A stretch of DNA of 64,000 nt from Azolla caroliniana (lineage: Eukaryota; Plantae; Polypodiophyta): NCBI GenBank assembly GCA_043228905.1, contig JBHGNT010000003.1:5952001-6016000 (forward strand), in the 5' to 3' direction. The translations under genes and the position numbers were made by a program. The notes under the pieces are model-generated. The model was not told the origin of the DNA, did no database searches, and worked only from the letters and a program-made list of their open reading frames with translations. This document shows positions 1-12,100 of this stretch, piece by piece (position 1 is the first letter of the stretch; every line of letters starts with the position of its first letter).

Positions 1-215
1 ATTAAGTTCCACTTTCTGGTTTTTTCATCATTTCATAGTTTAATTAAGTTCCATTTTCTGTTTTTTCATCATTTCATAGTTTAATTAAGTTCCATTTTCT
101 GTTTTTTTCATCATTTCATAGTTTAATTAAGTTCCACTTTCTGTTTTTTTATCATTTCATAGTTTAATTAAGTTCCATTTTCCGTTTTTCTCATTATTCC
201 ATAGGTTAATTAAGT
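1..215. repeat. Tandem repeat, ~41-42 bp unit (attaagttccaYtttctgttttttcatcatttcatagttta), ~5 copies, runs off the left edge
   Basis: Units start near 1, 43, 84, 126 and 167; lies upstream of gag in gypsy element A. Confidence 0.9.
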
Positions 216-385
216 CAATTTTTTGTTCATTCGCTCGGTTAACATTAAACATTGTGAAGATTAGGCCGTTACGGGGCAAGCATAATCACTGCGAGTCTCG
301 CGGCTTACGATCACTCCACAGGTCACAAAGCGATCGTTGACGCCAAAAAGTTTGAATTTCCCACACAAAGCTCGTCGAAAGAACA

Positions 386-598
386 ACCTTCGACGAATCT
401 TAATCCTTCGACGAAGATTCAACCTTCGACGAACCCTAAACCCTTCGACGAAGATTCAACCTTCGATGAAGATTCAACCTTCGACGAAGATTCAACCTTC
501 GACGAAGATTCAACCCTTCGACGAAGATTCATCCTTCGACGAAGATTCAACCCTTCGACGAATCTTCATCCTTCGACGAAGGTTCAACCTTCGACTAA
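386..598. repeat. Tandem repeat, 18-19 bp unit ccttcgacgaagattcaa, ~11-12 copies
   Basis: Directly visible; the unit carries the dyad CTTCG-A-CGAAG. Confidence 0.9.
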
Positions 599-769
599 CC
601 TATAAAAACTTGACCAGAAAACATGGTCGGATCCTCATGGACAGAAATGTTCAAAACCTGACCCGCAAGCCTAGAGGAGTCCACGCAAACCAACCAAACC
701 CACGATGCCGTCCCACCTAACCCGATTCAGTACCACGGAGGGTGGCTAACTCCGGGGATACTACCAAAC

Positions 770-3106
770 ATGAACCTCCCATCGAGCCTAGGAACTAAAG
801 CACTTCTCAACACACCCCCACTACAGGAGAGCCCAATGGCAGACCCACTCAGTGTAGAACGACATATACGAGACGTAGGGCAAGAGTTACGGGTGATAGA
901 ACACGAAATCAATCTATGGACGGTACAACTTGCGAAAGGAGGACAACCGGAAAGCACCACTCGAGATATCGAAGCCGCTTTGGTAGAAAGGAAGGATAGA
1001 TTCGCACGAGTGCAACAAAAACTTCACCGCCTAGAAACATCGTCGCACATACACTGCCAAAGTCAGGAGCACAGCCTCGTACCGCGTTTGAGCACAACGG
1101 GCGATAGCCCGAATGAAACCCGCGCACAACGACACCCGACACCACCACGCATGGGCACAATCCCTACACCTGACCAAGCTACCCCTACACCTCCAAACGC
1201 CGAACTCGCACTAGCACTAGAATCCATCCAAACTCTCGTAGCATTGATGGAAAAAGAGCGAGCACCCACAGACCATAAGAGAAACCTCACAAATAACAGT
1301 GGGAAGAGTGCTTCCATTTCTAAACTAGTACCTCGTTTCCTCGGTTTCGGCGATGCCTATGACCATGTCGAGAGGTTCAAACTGATTTGCTGCACTTATG
1401 AACCCCTCACAGAGATTACCAAGGTACCCGCGTTTGGACTCACACTTGACGACCAAGCCGAAATTTGGTTTCGAACCTTAAATGAAGACATTGCCGCCAA
1501 TTTCGAGTATGTCATTGAGGATTTCTTGATAAACTTCGCTCGCAGAGGGAATAAATGGAACCCGATTGACCAACTTTTCGCCCTCAAACAAGAAGCGAAC
1601 GAAATGGTCAGGGACTACATACATCGCACGAAAAGCCTGCATCATCGTTGTAGTCCAAACGACAAGATGTCGGATGACAAGTTGATGAGCCGTTTCATTA
1701 ATGGGTTGTTTGATACGACACTCCAAAATTTCCTGATTGCCAGGATGTGCCGATCGTTCGCTGAAGCCTGCACAGTAGTGATGACCTTTGAAGATTTGAT
1801 GAGTGGATTACAAATACCCACTCACGCACCCATGAACAACTGCGAGAAATCCTCCGACTCCACCCCTGCTCTACCCACACCACCGCGAACACCCCGTATA
1901 GAAAGACCCCAAGCATACGCCCAACGAGAAAATGTAAGGTGCACGGTATGTCACAAACACCACATGGGACATGAGTGTCCCCTCCTTCATCAACGACGGC
2001 TGCAATACTGTAAGTGGTGCAAAGCTTTCGTAATGCATACACAAGAGAACTGCTGGCAAGCCCCCACTGGAAGGTACAGCCAAACGCCAATGGTGGAACA
2101 CCCACGCTCTCCCCCACCACTTAGTCGTCCACCACTACCAGCGATACTCCCTCAACAACCCCCACTACCGCGCATCGGCGCCCGCCTTGCTGAACTGGAG
2201 TATACCACAAATAACCAAACCCAGGTCGGAGCGAGCACCCCTGAATATGAAGACCCGTACCGGGAGTATGGCATTGAAGAAGAGGTGTTGTCCCATTTCG
2301 TGGATTTTGAAGGCGACCAAATACCAGTGTACGTCCTGAGAGGGGAACAACGTGGACCCCCTATGGGATACCGCAACAACAATGGTCTAAGGAGGTCAGA
2401 ATTGAAATGCTTCAACTGCCAAGGCCCACATATGGTTAGCGAGTGCCCAACCAAACATGAGTACTACAACTGGATGGCCCAACGACCACGACACTTCCCA
2501 CTCGACACGTCTCCGCAACCACTGGCGCAAGGGCCCACCCAACAGTTGCAAGAACTCATTGAATGGTTCCAAAGAGAAGCATCATGCCCAGGGTGCGGTA
2601 AAGAACACCTAGTACCTGATTGCCCGGAAAAGAAGAAAAGGGTCGGCACAAATCTGTTGTCCATTGTACCATCCACGATCGGTGCCAATGTCATCACACG
2701 AGCCCAACGAGTAGCGCACAATTTAAAATACCAAGATCAAGGTCTCCCCATGACCGCACGTAAGAGACGCAAATCTAGAAAGAATAATTCCATGCAGACC
2801 TCAAAACAAGATCAAGAACCGGAGGGAGACACAGAAACATTACCTGTCAATCCGAATCAAGAACTGTCGGCGCACCTAGCGGCATACCCAAACCCAGTAG
2901 CTGAGAAACAAAAAGTCGAAGAATACATCAAACTCATACACCACAAACAGTTTGAAAAATCACTTAGCCTCCCCTACTTAAACTTCGACCAACTAGAAGA
3001 ATGGGTAACCCCTCACCTCCCCCCCTCGTCACACCAACCGACACCCCCATTTGCCATCCTACCCCGATCAAAGAGGTCAACACAACTCTACTCCAACAAA
3101 TCTTAA
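770..3106 (+). CDS. Gag of element A (retrotransposon gag capsid region plus four Cys/His knuckle-like motifs)
   Basis: FLGFGDAYDHVERF..LTLDDQAEIWF..LKQEANEMVRDY capsid pattern; CTVCHKHHMGHEC, CKWCKAFVMHTQENC, CFNCQGPHMVSEC, CPGCGKEHLVPDC. Confidence 0.85.
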   Translation: MNLPSSLGTKALLNTPPLQESPMADPLSVERHIRDVGQELRVIEHEINLWTVQLAKGGQPESTTRDIEAALVERKDRFARVQQKLHRLETSSHIHCQSQEHSLVPRLSTTGDSPNETRAQRHPTPPRMGTIPTPDQATPTPPNAELALALESIQTLVALMEKERAPTDHKRNLTNNSGKSASISKLVPRFLGFGDAYDHVERFKLICCTYEPLTEITKVPAFGLTLDDQAEIWFRTLNEDIAANFEYVIEDFLINFARRGNKWNPIDQLFALKQEANEMVRDYIHRTKSLHHRCSPNDKMSDDKLMSRFINGLFDTTLQNFLIARMCRSFAEACTVVMTFEDLMSGLQIPTHAPMNNCEKSSDSTPALPTPPRTPRIERPQAYAQRENVRCTVCHKHHMGHECPLLHQRRLQYCKWCKAFVMHTQENCWQAPTGRYSQTPMVEHPRSPPPLSRPPLPAILPQQPPLPRIGARLAELEYTTNNQTQVGASTPEYEDPYREYGIEEEVLSHFVDFEGDQIPVYVLRGEQRGPPMGYRNNNGLRRSELKCFNCQGPHMVSECPTKHEYYNWMAQRPRHFPLDTSPQPLAQGPTQQLQELIEWFQREASCPGCGKEHLVPDCPEKKKRVGTNLLSIVPSTIGANVITRAQRVAHNLKYQDQGLPMTARKRRKSRKNNSMQTSKQDQEPEGDTETLPVNPNQELSAHLAAYPNPVAEKQKVEEYIKLIHHKQFEKSLSLPYLNFDQLEEWVTPHLPPSSHQPTPPFAILPRSKRSTQLYSNKS

Positions 3107-6100
3107 ATTTAATATTGCGACTCACATTCGCGAAGTGCAGACCTACATTGGCACCTTCACCACCGACAACCCCCTCCTACAACCTCTACTCGCCAAGGAA
3201 ATAGAGTTCACGCTCGAAGAACTACTCAAACTCGACGTTCAACCGTGGCACGACGTCCTCTAACGCCTCAATGGTGGCCTATCGGCGGGATATGGTGAAG
3301 GGATACACACCCACACTCCTCACACGTCCACAGTCCTCAAACAACCCGAAGGACCGCCAGTAGACGTCCACGAAGCTCACTTCGAGAGCGACGACACTAG
3401 TTTCACTCTACCAGTCTGCGTCAATGGTAAGACGTGTGACGCCGTCATTGACACCGGAGCAGGGGTAAGTATCGTCAGTTACGAATGTTGGTGTAAGTGG
3501 GGGAGCCCAAGAATGCTGCCTTCCGATGTCAAACTACGAATGGCAAACGGGTCCATCCAAAGACCGGAAGGCATGATTCCTGCGCATCACTTCACTATCC
3601 ACGGAGTGGAGTTCAATCTCACCTTCGTCGTCACAAGATCATCCAACCATGTAGCCTACGAGTGCTTACTAGGAAGACCATTCCTATGTATAGGCCGCCT
3701 GGTAATGGATTTTGGGAACGATATAATCTATATGCGAAAGGACAACAAAACCTTTCGCATCAAAGCATACACACAAAAAGTGCATGAACAAGAAGGTAGC
3801 CCTCTCGTAGACAATTGGTCAGAAACCACTGAGTTCGAGACCAACCTCCTAGCGTGCAACCCCACAAAGACAGTTCAACTCTTGACCAGAGGCCAACACT
3901 TTCCTCAAAGCCTCGCCACTTCCAAAGAGGAGAACGCACATGAGAGAGACGACCAATCCGTCGCCTCTGAGACATCAGAAATGAATTGGGTGCACGCTCT
4001 CGCCACAACCGACGCAATGTACCTTATAGGCACAAAGTGTTGTGACGAGAACGGAGAATCAATCTCGTGCTTCAACTTCACCACCCTAGGACCCCGGCGA
4101 AAAGACGTAGACGTAAAGGAAGAAGAACTGGTACAACGAGTCACACGTCCAGGTGACGTCACGACCACTCAGGAGGCTGTGACGGAAGCGGACTTCCCAG
4201 AGCATTTCAAACTCTATGAACAAGGGAGTAGGGCGGTGGCTTGTAAGAGACCGCAACACAACCCCCAAGGCCTAGGAGAAGTCTATGATGGACCAGCAAG
4301 GGTGAAAGAAATCAACCTTGGGAAAGGGGCAGACTCCAAATTGGTGTTCATGGCTACAGATCTCCAGCCCGACGAGGAGGCGTCCTTGATCACTCTCCTC
4401 ACGGAATTTAGCGACGTGTTTGCATGATCGTACGTCGACATGAATGGAGTCCCAGCTGAGGTCGTCACACATAGTATCCCGATGCGAACCGACGCCCGCC
4501 CAATCCGGCAAAGGCCACGTCCAATGAACCCTAACTACGCCCAACAAGTGAAAGCCGAAATCAACAAAATGTTGGCTGTAGGTATTATCTACCCAATCGA
4601 ACGAACTACTTGGGTCTCCCCAATTGTGGTCGTCCCAAAGAAAAACGGCCAGATCCGCATATGTGTAGACTACCGCCAAGTTAACGAAGCCACTATCAAG
4701 GACAATTACCCGGTACCCTACATCGAACATTTACTCGAAAGAACTGCGGGAGCTGAAGCGTATAGCTTCATTGACGGGTTCTCCGGGTACAACCAAATCT
4801 CAGTGGTCCCTGAGGATCAACACAAGACAACTTTCGCCACGAAATTTGGTACGTTCACATATAAACAGATGCCTTTCGGACTCACGAGCGCCTTGAGCAC
4901 CTACCAAAGAGCAGCAGACCATATCTTTGCTGCAAGGTTACGACAAGGGGTGGAGTCTTATGTTGAAGACTTATGTTGCAATTCGAAATGGCATGACCAC
5001 TTGGGGCTACTCCGTTTGACGTTCGAAAAATGCAGAACCTATCAACTCTCTCTCAACTCGCTCAAGTGTCAGTTCTGGGTCAAGCACGGAATAATATTAG
5101 GACACGTCGTGTCCCGCCACGGGATCTCGACCGATGAGGCAAAAGTAAAACTCATCCTCGACATGCCAACCCCCACGAATGAGAAACAACTACAAGGGTT
5201 CATGGGATACGCGGGTTACTATAGACGCTTCATTAAGATGTTCGCGGACAAGGCTAGACCACTCTACTCCCTATTAAAGCAGTTAGTGTGGACAGAAGAA
5301 TGCACACACTCCTTCAAGCTCTTGAAAGAGTGCCTAACTAAGGCCCCCATCCTCCGGCCTCCCGATTGGACCAAAGAATTCCACGTGCACACTGACGCTT
5401 CCGCCTTCGCGATTGGTGCAGTGCTAGCCCAACCCGGTGAAGGGGCACTCGACCTACCGGTCACCTTCGCTAGTCGCTAGCTAAATGCCGCGGAATGAAA
5501 TTACTCCACGACGGAATGGGAGGCTTTGGCCATGGTCTACAGCGTAAAGAAATTCCGCCACTACTTGTTGGCGTCCCGGTTCTCGTTTTTTGTAGACCAT
5601 CAGGCCCTACTCTAGTTAGTAAACAAAACTCACGCCACTGGACGCATCTCACGATGGATCGTAACGTTACTCGAGTTCGACTTCAAGGTAGTAGTGAGAA
5701 AAGGGAAAGACCATGTACTCGCCGATCATTTCTCCCGGATTCCCTAAGGAGAAGAAGCCACTGGGGTCGATGATGAAACACTAATTATTCGCGATCGATA
5801 CCGTACCAGCATGGGCATCAAACATAGTTCACGTCCTAACCGAAGGAGCGTCCTTCCTAAAACAACTACCACGAACACACGTGCGTGCCTTGCTAAAGAA
5901 ATGTGGCCCCTTCACGATGCTCCGAGGCAATCTGTACCGTCGGGGTAACGACGATCTACTTCGGAGGTGTATAACAAACTATGACGTCATCACCACCCTC
6001 GAGCAAGCTCATTGCGGGAGCGGAAGTGGTCATTTCAATCACGAGACCACTGCGCGCAAGATCCTCCAGTCTGGCCTATGGTGGCCAACACTCTTCAAAG

Positions 6101-8469
6101 ACGCATACGCGTACGTACATCGCTGTGACGAGTGCCAACGTTTCAAACACCCACTAAAAGTGGATTTTAATACGTTAAACTTGGTGGTGGCATGGCAACC
6201 ATTCGAGAAATGGGGTATCGACTTTATCGGCCCAATCAGCCCAGCTTCCAACCTCAACCGATATATAATAACCGCCACCGACTACGCCACCAAGTGGGTT
6301 GAAGCTAAAGCTTGCGTTAACGCCGACGTGCATAGTACTGCCAAATTCCTATATGAAAATGTCATCGTACAGTTTGGATGTCCGCTCGAAATCATTAGTG
6401 ACCAAGGCTCACATTTCCTAAATGAGGTGATAGCACATTTATTAGGCGAGTTTATGGTGACACACCGCAAAAGTTCTCCTTATTACCCCCGATGCAACGG
6501 ACAAGCGGAAAGCACGAATAAGGTGCTATGTGCAGTACTCACAAAGATAGTCGTTGCCTCACGATCTGATTGGAGCACCAAACTCCAAGCAGCATTATGG
6601 TCTTTCCGTACTTCCTACAAAGTCGCAACTCGCCACACACCATTCAAACTAGTGTACGGGCAAGAAGCAGTATTACCCATCGAGTTCCCCTTCCCTAGCC
6701 TCAGGATCGCCGTACAAGAACGATGGGAAGGGGACCCCCTCCCGTCACGCCTAGAGAACCTAGAACGACTGACAGAAACTCGCCTTCTCGCATTCCAGGC
6801 ACTCTTGGCAGAGAAAGCCAATAGAAAGGTGTGGCACGACAATAAAGTCAAGAACAAAGACCTCACGGAAGGCGACATAGCCCTCAAATGCTCCTCTCAA
6901 CGACACAAGAAGAAGCTGAAGTTACGGGGTGAAGGCCCGTATGTGGTTTCGGAGATTACCAAGACAGGAGCATGTCGCCTACGCACGATCGAGGGTTTTG
7001 ACATCCCCAGGTTCATTAATGGGAGCAAGCTCAAACGTTACTATGGACCCCTCACACTCGAGGCTCTACTCACAACTCGGCAACGAGAGGTAGAGGTCAA
7101 ACTTAAAGCCTCTGAAGGCCGAATGGCCCGGCTCGAAACCGACCTGCGCAATACGCAAGCGAAATTGAAGCGACAAGGACAAGGCCATCCAATAGCCATG
7201 GCTCGGGCGGCCAACTCTAATGATGGAACAATACAACTACGATGCTGCGTCGACGACATGCCTTTGACGGCAGTAATCGACACAGGAGCATCGTTAACCC
7301 TTTTCTCCTTCGAAACATGGAGACGTCTAGGTTGCCCAGACCTCGAAGTGTGCAACGACAACTTCCGTGGCTTCAATGGGTCTACGTCATGTTGCCTAGG
7401 AACTTTCGGGTGTAACATCAAGACAGAATACAACGCGCACTTAATCCAAGTTCGGGTACTCCCACCCGGAGTGATGCACACACGATGCCTCCTCGGTTAA
7501 GATTGGTGTCGCATAAGCGAATGTCTCCTATCACCCAGCAAACACATCATCTCTTTTCAAATAGGAGGTGGACTGAAGTCTGAGGACCTCGTCGCAACAA
7601 CACTCGAATCACATCTCGTTGTCCTCGTTGATCCCCAAAGCGTGGAGCTACCCAAACAAGCAGCACACCAACACCCACAGGCCGCCCATGGCCAACACAA
7701 CACTAACAATAGAACACAGACACCCAAACCACGAGAATGGGTGAACGTCCACGCAATTTTCGCTGAAGGCCCACGCCGCGGAGAACGTGCGGTGTGGCGA
7801 GTCAGAAAAATACTCACAACCGCACAAGGTTGGCACAATGGCGCCACTAGCTTCTGTGTTCCAAAACGAAACCGTCTCCCCGCTCGCGATCGACACACCC
7901 CTGCATGGGACATCGATGAACCCCAAGGCACGGAGTCGCTCAACCAGACCGAACGCCCACACCCACTAGCCACCCAAGACCAGCGCGACGTTAACGTCAG
8001 AACACAGACACCCAAACCACGAGAATGGGTGAATGTTCACGTTGTTTTTGCGGACGGACAACATTGTGGAGAATCCGCCATTTGGCGAGTCAAAAAGACA
8101 CTCACAACCGCACAAGGTTGGCACAAAGGCGCCACTAGCTTCTGGGTTCCGAAACGAAGCCGACTCCCCAGTCGCGATCATACCACGCCTGTAGGGGACA
8201 CCCGAAAAGCACACACATCAGTTCGGTATCCCGCCCAGGCTAAAGCCACAGGAATCGAAAGGCCTAAACAACTGAGAGACCGAACACCCCGTAGGAAGGT
8301 TTCACAAATCCTCCCCATCCCCTTAACAAACATGCTGCAGGTTTGGATCCTTAAAAGTCACGGACCCGGAACCTCACACGATACCTGGGTGACACTCCCT
8401 CCACAGTCGCATCCTCAAGGTTCCCCAAAAGCCCTTAATTTACCCATTCCCCTACCACATTCCCCGTAG
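3051..8469 (+). pseudogene. Pol of element A: PR1-RT-RNaseH-IN-PR2-tandem repeat domain, with in-frame stops and a frameshift
   Basis: PR1 AVIDTGAG (DTG 3450-3458); RT IRICVDYR, MPFGL, YVED (catalytic YxDD altered); RH HTDASAFAIGAVL; IN HHCC plus WGIDF/ISDQG/QAEST and GPY; second AVIDTGAS at 7279-7287. Stops at 3263, 4427, 5480, 7500 and others; frameshift ~5780. Confidence 0.9.
7627..8202 (+). repeat. In-frame tandem duplication, 288 bp (96 codon) period
   Basis: agaacacagacacccaaaccacgagaatgggtgaa at 7711 and 7999; peptide PKPREWVNVH..WRV.K.LTTAQGWH.GATSF.VPKR occurs twice. Ends are approximate. Confidence 0.85.
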
Positions 8470-8561
8470 ACCCCCGTCACCATCGGTATCCGAATCCTCT
8501 CCATCGATTCCTCCTTACGCTTCCGACCTCGCATCCCCGTCGGTTGTCCCTCGTTGCCGTG

Positions 8562-8965
8562 GTTTATGATTTATTAATTGTATTAGTTTTTATTTTTCAT
8601 TATTTTTTATTTTTTATTTTTATTTTTATTTTATTTATTATTTATTTTATTGATTTAATTTATTTGTAATGACTATTATTGTCTGTTTTATTTGTATTTA
8701 TTTATTTTTTTCTTTATTTTTTCTTTTCTTTCTTTTTTATTTTTATGATTTTTATTATTTTTTTCTATACCGATTATTATTATCCTTATTTTATTTTATT
8801 TTATTTATTTATTATTATTTTATTATTTTATTATTTTATTTATTTTGTTTTGTTTTTGAGTGGTTTTTCTTTTTCTTTTACCTTTTTGCTTTTTTCTTTT
8901 TTCGTTTTCCTCCTTCTTTTTCTCCTTCTTCTTTGCTCTACCTCCCCTCCCTCCTTTTTTTTAGC
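8562..8965 (+). other. T-rich / polypyrimidine low-complexity spacer between pol and the extra ORF
   Basis: Abrupt change to ttttatttatt... then C/T-rich sequence; produces the artefactual Phe-rich ORFs. Confidence 0.8.
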
Positions 8966-9174
8966 TCTCCTCTTTCTACTTGCCCCCTTCCTTCTCACTA
9001 CACGATCTGCATCACTCTTCCCCCCCTCCCCGCTCACACTATTCCTCCTCTCCCCCCCTAATCTCTGTTCGACGCCCGTGGATTTCTCCCACCATCAGCG
9101 TCCCCGCCCCTACTCCACCGGTTGCCTGCCCCGGACGCCGCCTCGTCTCCTCCACACCCTCGGGTTGCAAACGA

Positions 9175-12100
9175 ATGACGCCTCCCAAATTCATCAAACT
9201 CCTCCACGCATACTACCCCGACGCAGGGTGCGGATCCTTAGTCATTCTAGCGGTGTTCAACAATACCCGATGTACTTACCGGGTTCCCACGACCGCCACG
9301 CAGCTCAAGTACCTCGAACCCGACGTGTTCGCCACTCTCTCACGACTTGGCCTCAAGTTCTTCCTTGGGATCGGGCCATGGGGCATCCTACCCGAACTCG
9401 TCAACCGTTTCCTCATCGGGTACAACCCCGATACGGGCCACGTCGATATGCAGCCTTTCGTAGACTCCCCCCCCGTCGCATTCCAGTTCACTGCGGCCGA
9501 CGTTTGTGCTACGCTGCATTTACCCCTCGAGGGCGCCCCCATCCGCACCACGAGGACCCATGGGGTTGTCCCCGGCATCATTCCTGTCGCCTATGCCGAA
9601 TATTCTGGACGCGAAGGGTGGCGTTACACCAAAATCGCTCTCCATCTCCACGACCGTTGTAGTGCAATTGCCCAAATCAGCGACACTGCATCTACCGATG
9701 CCACCGCTCATATCACCGGTGAGTACCTCAAGTGGGCACATGATCCGCAACCGGTCCAGTGGGCTCACGAGCTTGTCCGTCGGGTCCAAGAATGGCACAC
9801 ACGGCCCAAATCGACTGTCAATTTCGCGTGGTTCCTCACCTGCTACTTGTGCGCAAAGTTCAGCATCGGACCCCCCACCCCTCCCTTCGTACGCTGCCAA
9901 GAACGCTTCCGCAAGATCACTGTCCCAGGCCAACTCGAACACCTTCGCCTCCACGAACGCGACTTTTTACGACAAGTACACCAAGGTGAACATGCACGGT
10001 CACCGACGCACAAACAACCCCCGATCACCCACGTGTTAGCCGAAGCTAACCTCGACACCCCTGAGGATATCACGAATCGTGTCAAGGAATTCCAGACACA
10101 CGAGTTCACCCCCACCGAAATCCAGGCCTTGTCCACCACTTTCCACTATGTGTCACATCAGAACACAACCACGACTCCGCGTTCCCGTAGATGCACCACT
10201 GAGTCAATCTTGCGCGACCAACGGAACCCGCCAGCCCTACCTCCACCCACCTCACCAACCCCTCCACCCCACAAATCCTCTCCCCTCGCTCCGGCCACAA
10301 CTACCCCACCTTTCCCGTCCACCACCACCGACGACACCCTGCAACCCCTACCCCATAAACTCGCTCTCCATGCCGCCCCCAACACCGAAACCCCCGACCG
10401 GCCCTCGACCGCAACCCCGGCAGTTCCCCTCCAACCCACCCTCGCCCCCGCCCAAATGGCAACCCCGCTTCCGCCACCCCCACTCCCGACCTCCGTGCCC
10501 TACTCGACCTCCCTCACTGCAGTTACTACTCACCCTACTCCCTCCCTCGCTGTTCCCCCCAAACCCTTAACCGACATGGTGGCCGACCTCCTCAAGATGA
10601 TTGCCGTCGTGAATTGTCGCCTACTTCAAGTTCAGGCACAGGCCCAACAGACCACCACTGACCAACATGAGACCTCTACACGGAACGAGATCTTGGTCGC
10701 CGAGGTACGGAGCGCCCTCCATACCAACGCATGCCAAGCGGCCGCCCACGACCTCCTCAAGCAAGAACTCCTAACAACGCAAACCCAACACCAACAACTC
10801 GCTAACGAATTCCAACAAGCTCGGACAACCTGGCACCACGACCAGGAACGCGCAATGCAAACACATGCCGAACTTTCGGCCGAGTACGTCCGCCTCACCA
10901 CCCAACACCAACTGACCGAGGCCCGCCTCGCAGCCGTGACGGTTGATCTCTCCGAACGGTCCGAGGCCCTGGCCGCCGCCATGGCCACCACTCACCAACT
11001 CACGAGCGAGATCACCACCCTCAAGGCTAAACGAGACGCCATGGTCCACCAAGTCGAAGTCGCCAATGAACGCAATCGATGTCTCCTCATCAAACACCGC
11101 AGCCAATGCGCCGACCTCGAAAAGGACATCCTTCAACTCCGCACATCCAAAGCCGCCCTTGAACACGCCCTCACCCTCGGCGTGACGGACCCCTCCACCG
11201 TTCAGACCCCCCTCCTTCCCCCAACTGGCTCTCCGAATATGATCTAGGCACTCTCGGTGTACGTGACCTCGACCTCCCTGCTCTCCGAACTTTTCACTGC
11301 ACCACGCACACCACGCACCCTCCTCACCCAAGCAACGTGCGTCCTTCGGTCGTTAGCCGCCACGCGTCGCGTATTCCTTGACGACACCACACCCCCAGAC
11401 CGGCAGACCTTCATCCGAGTACTCCCCGAAGACAACCACGCCCTTGCCCTCTTCATGTTGTACCAGAAAGCCACCGAACACCCTATTCCCCCAGTCGGCG
11501 ACCTCTTCCCCCAACACCTCGCCATTTTGTTCCTCAAAGGTATGGCCCACCTTCACACCGCCCTCACCCCCGACTTAGACATCTCTGACCTGATCTTTTT
11601 CACCTACCCTTCTGATGTCACGATGCAAGTCACCGAAGACCAGCTGGCCCACCTCTTCACAACATTGGTGCGCTTACACCACATCGTCGACACCCTCACC
11701 CGCATCCTATTGGAAAACACAACGACCTCCGTACCCCCTTTCAGTTTCCTTTGGCTAATATGCACTTGGCAAACCGCCTGGGACGTCGGGGTTCGTACTC
11801 ACATATTCAGCATTGAATATGCCACGTTCAACTGGCCCACCAACCTCAAGGCTGACGACATACCGGAATTAGCCCTATACCTCGATGTTTCCCGCGAGTA
11901 TCAACTCATGACGTTCGATGAGGCTCGTGCTCGTGCCCTCCTACCCCCGCACCCCCCTTCTCCCCCCCCAGAGATCGACCTGGAGTGGGACCACGACTCA
12001 CCTGATGAACCCGACACCCAACCACACCCCGAGCGCCCGTTTCAACGTTGCGGCCTTCTACGCTGATTTGGTCGACCGCTACCAACTCACCCACGGCCTC

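Noticed and set aside
337-720. 127-aa ORF with repeated STKIQP
   Set aside because: Translation of the 18-bp tandem repeat; no protein features.
3040-3110. Programmed frameshift between gag and pol of element A
   Set aside because: The shift is +1 with no recognisable slippery motif, in an element that has other random lesions; one copy cannot decide it.
8669-9662. Phe/Ile-rich ORFs that look like membrane or env proteins
   Set aside because: Artefact of the T-rich low-complexity tract.
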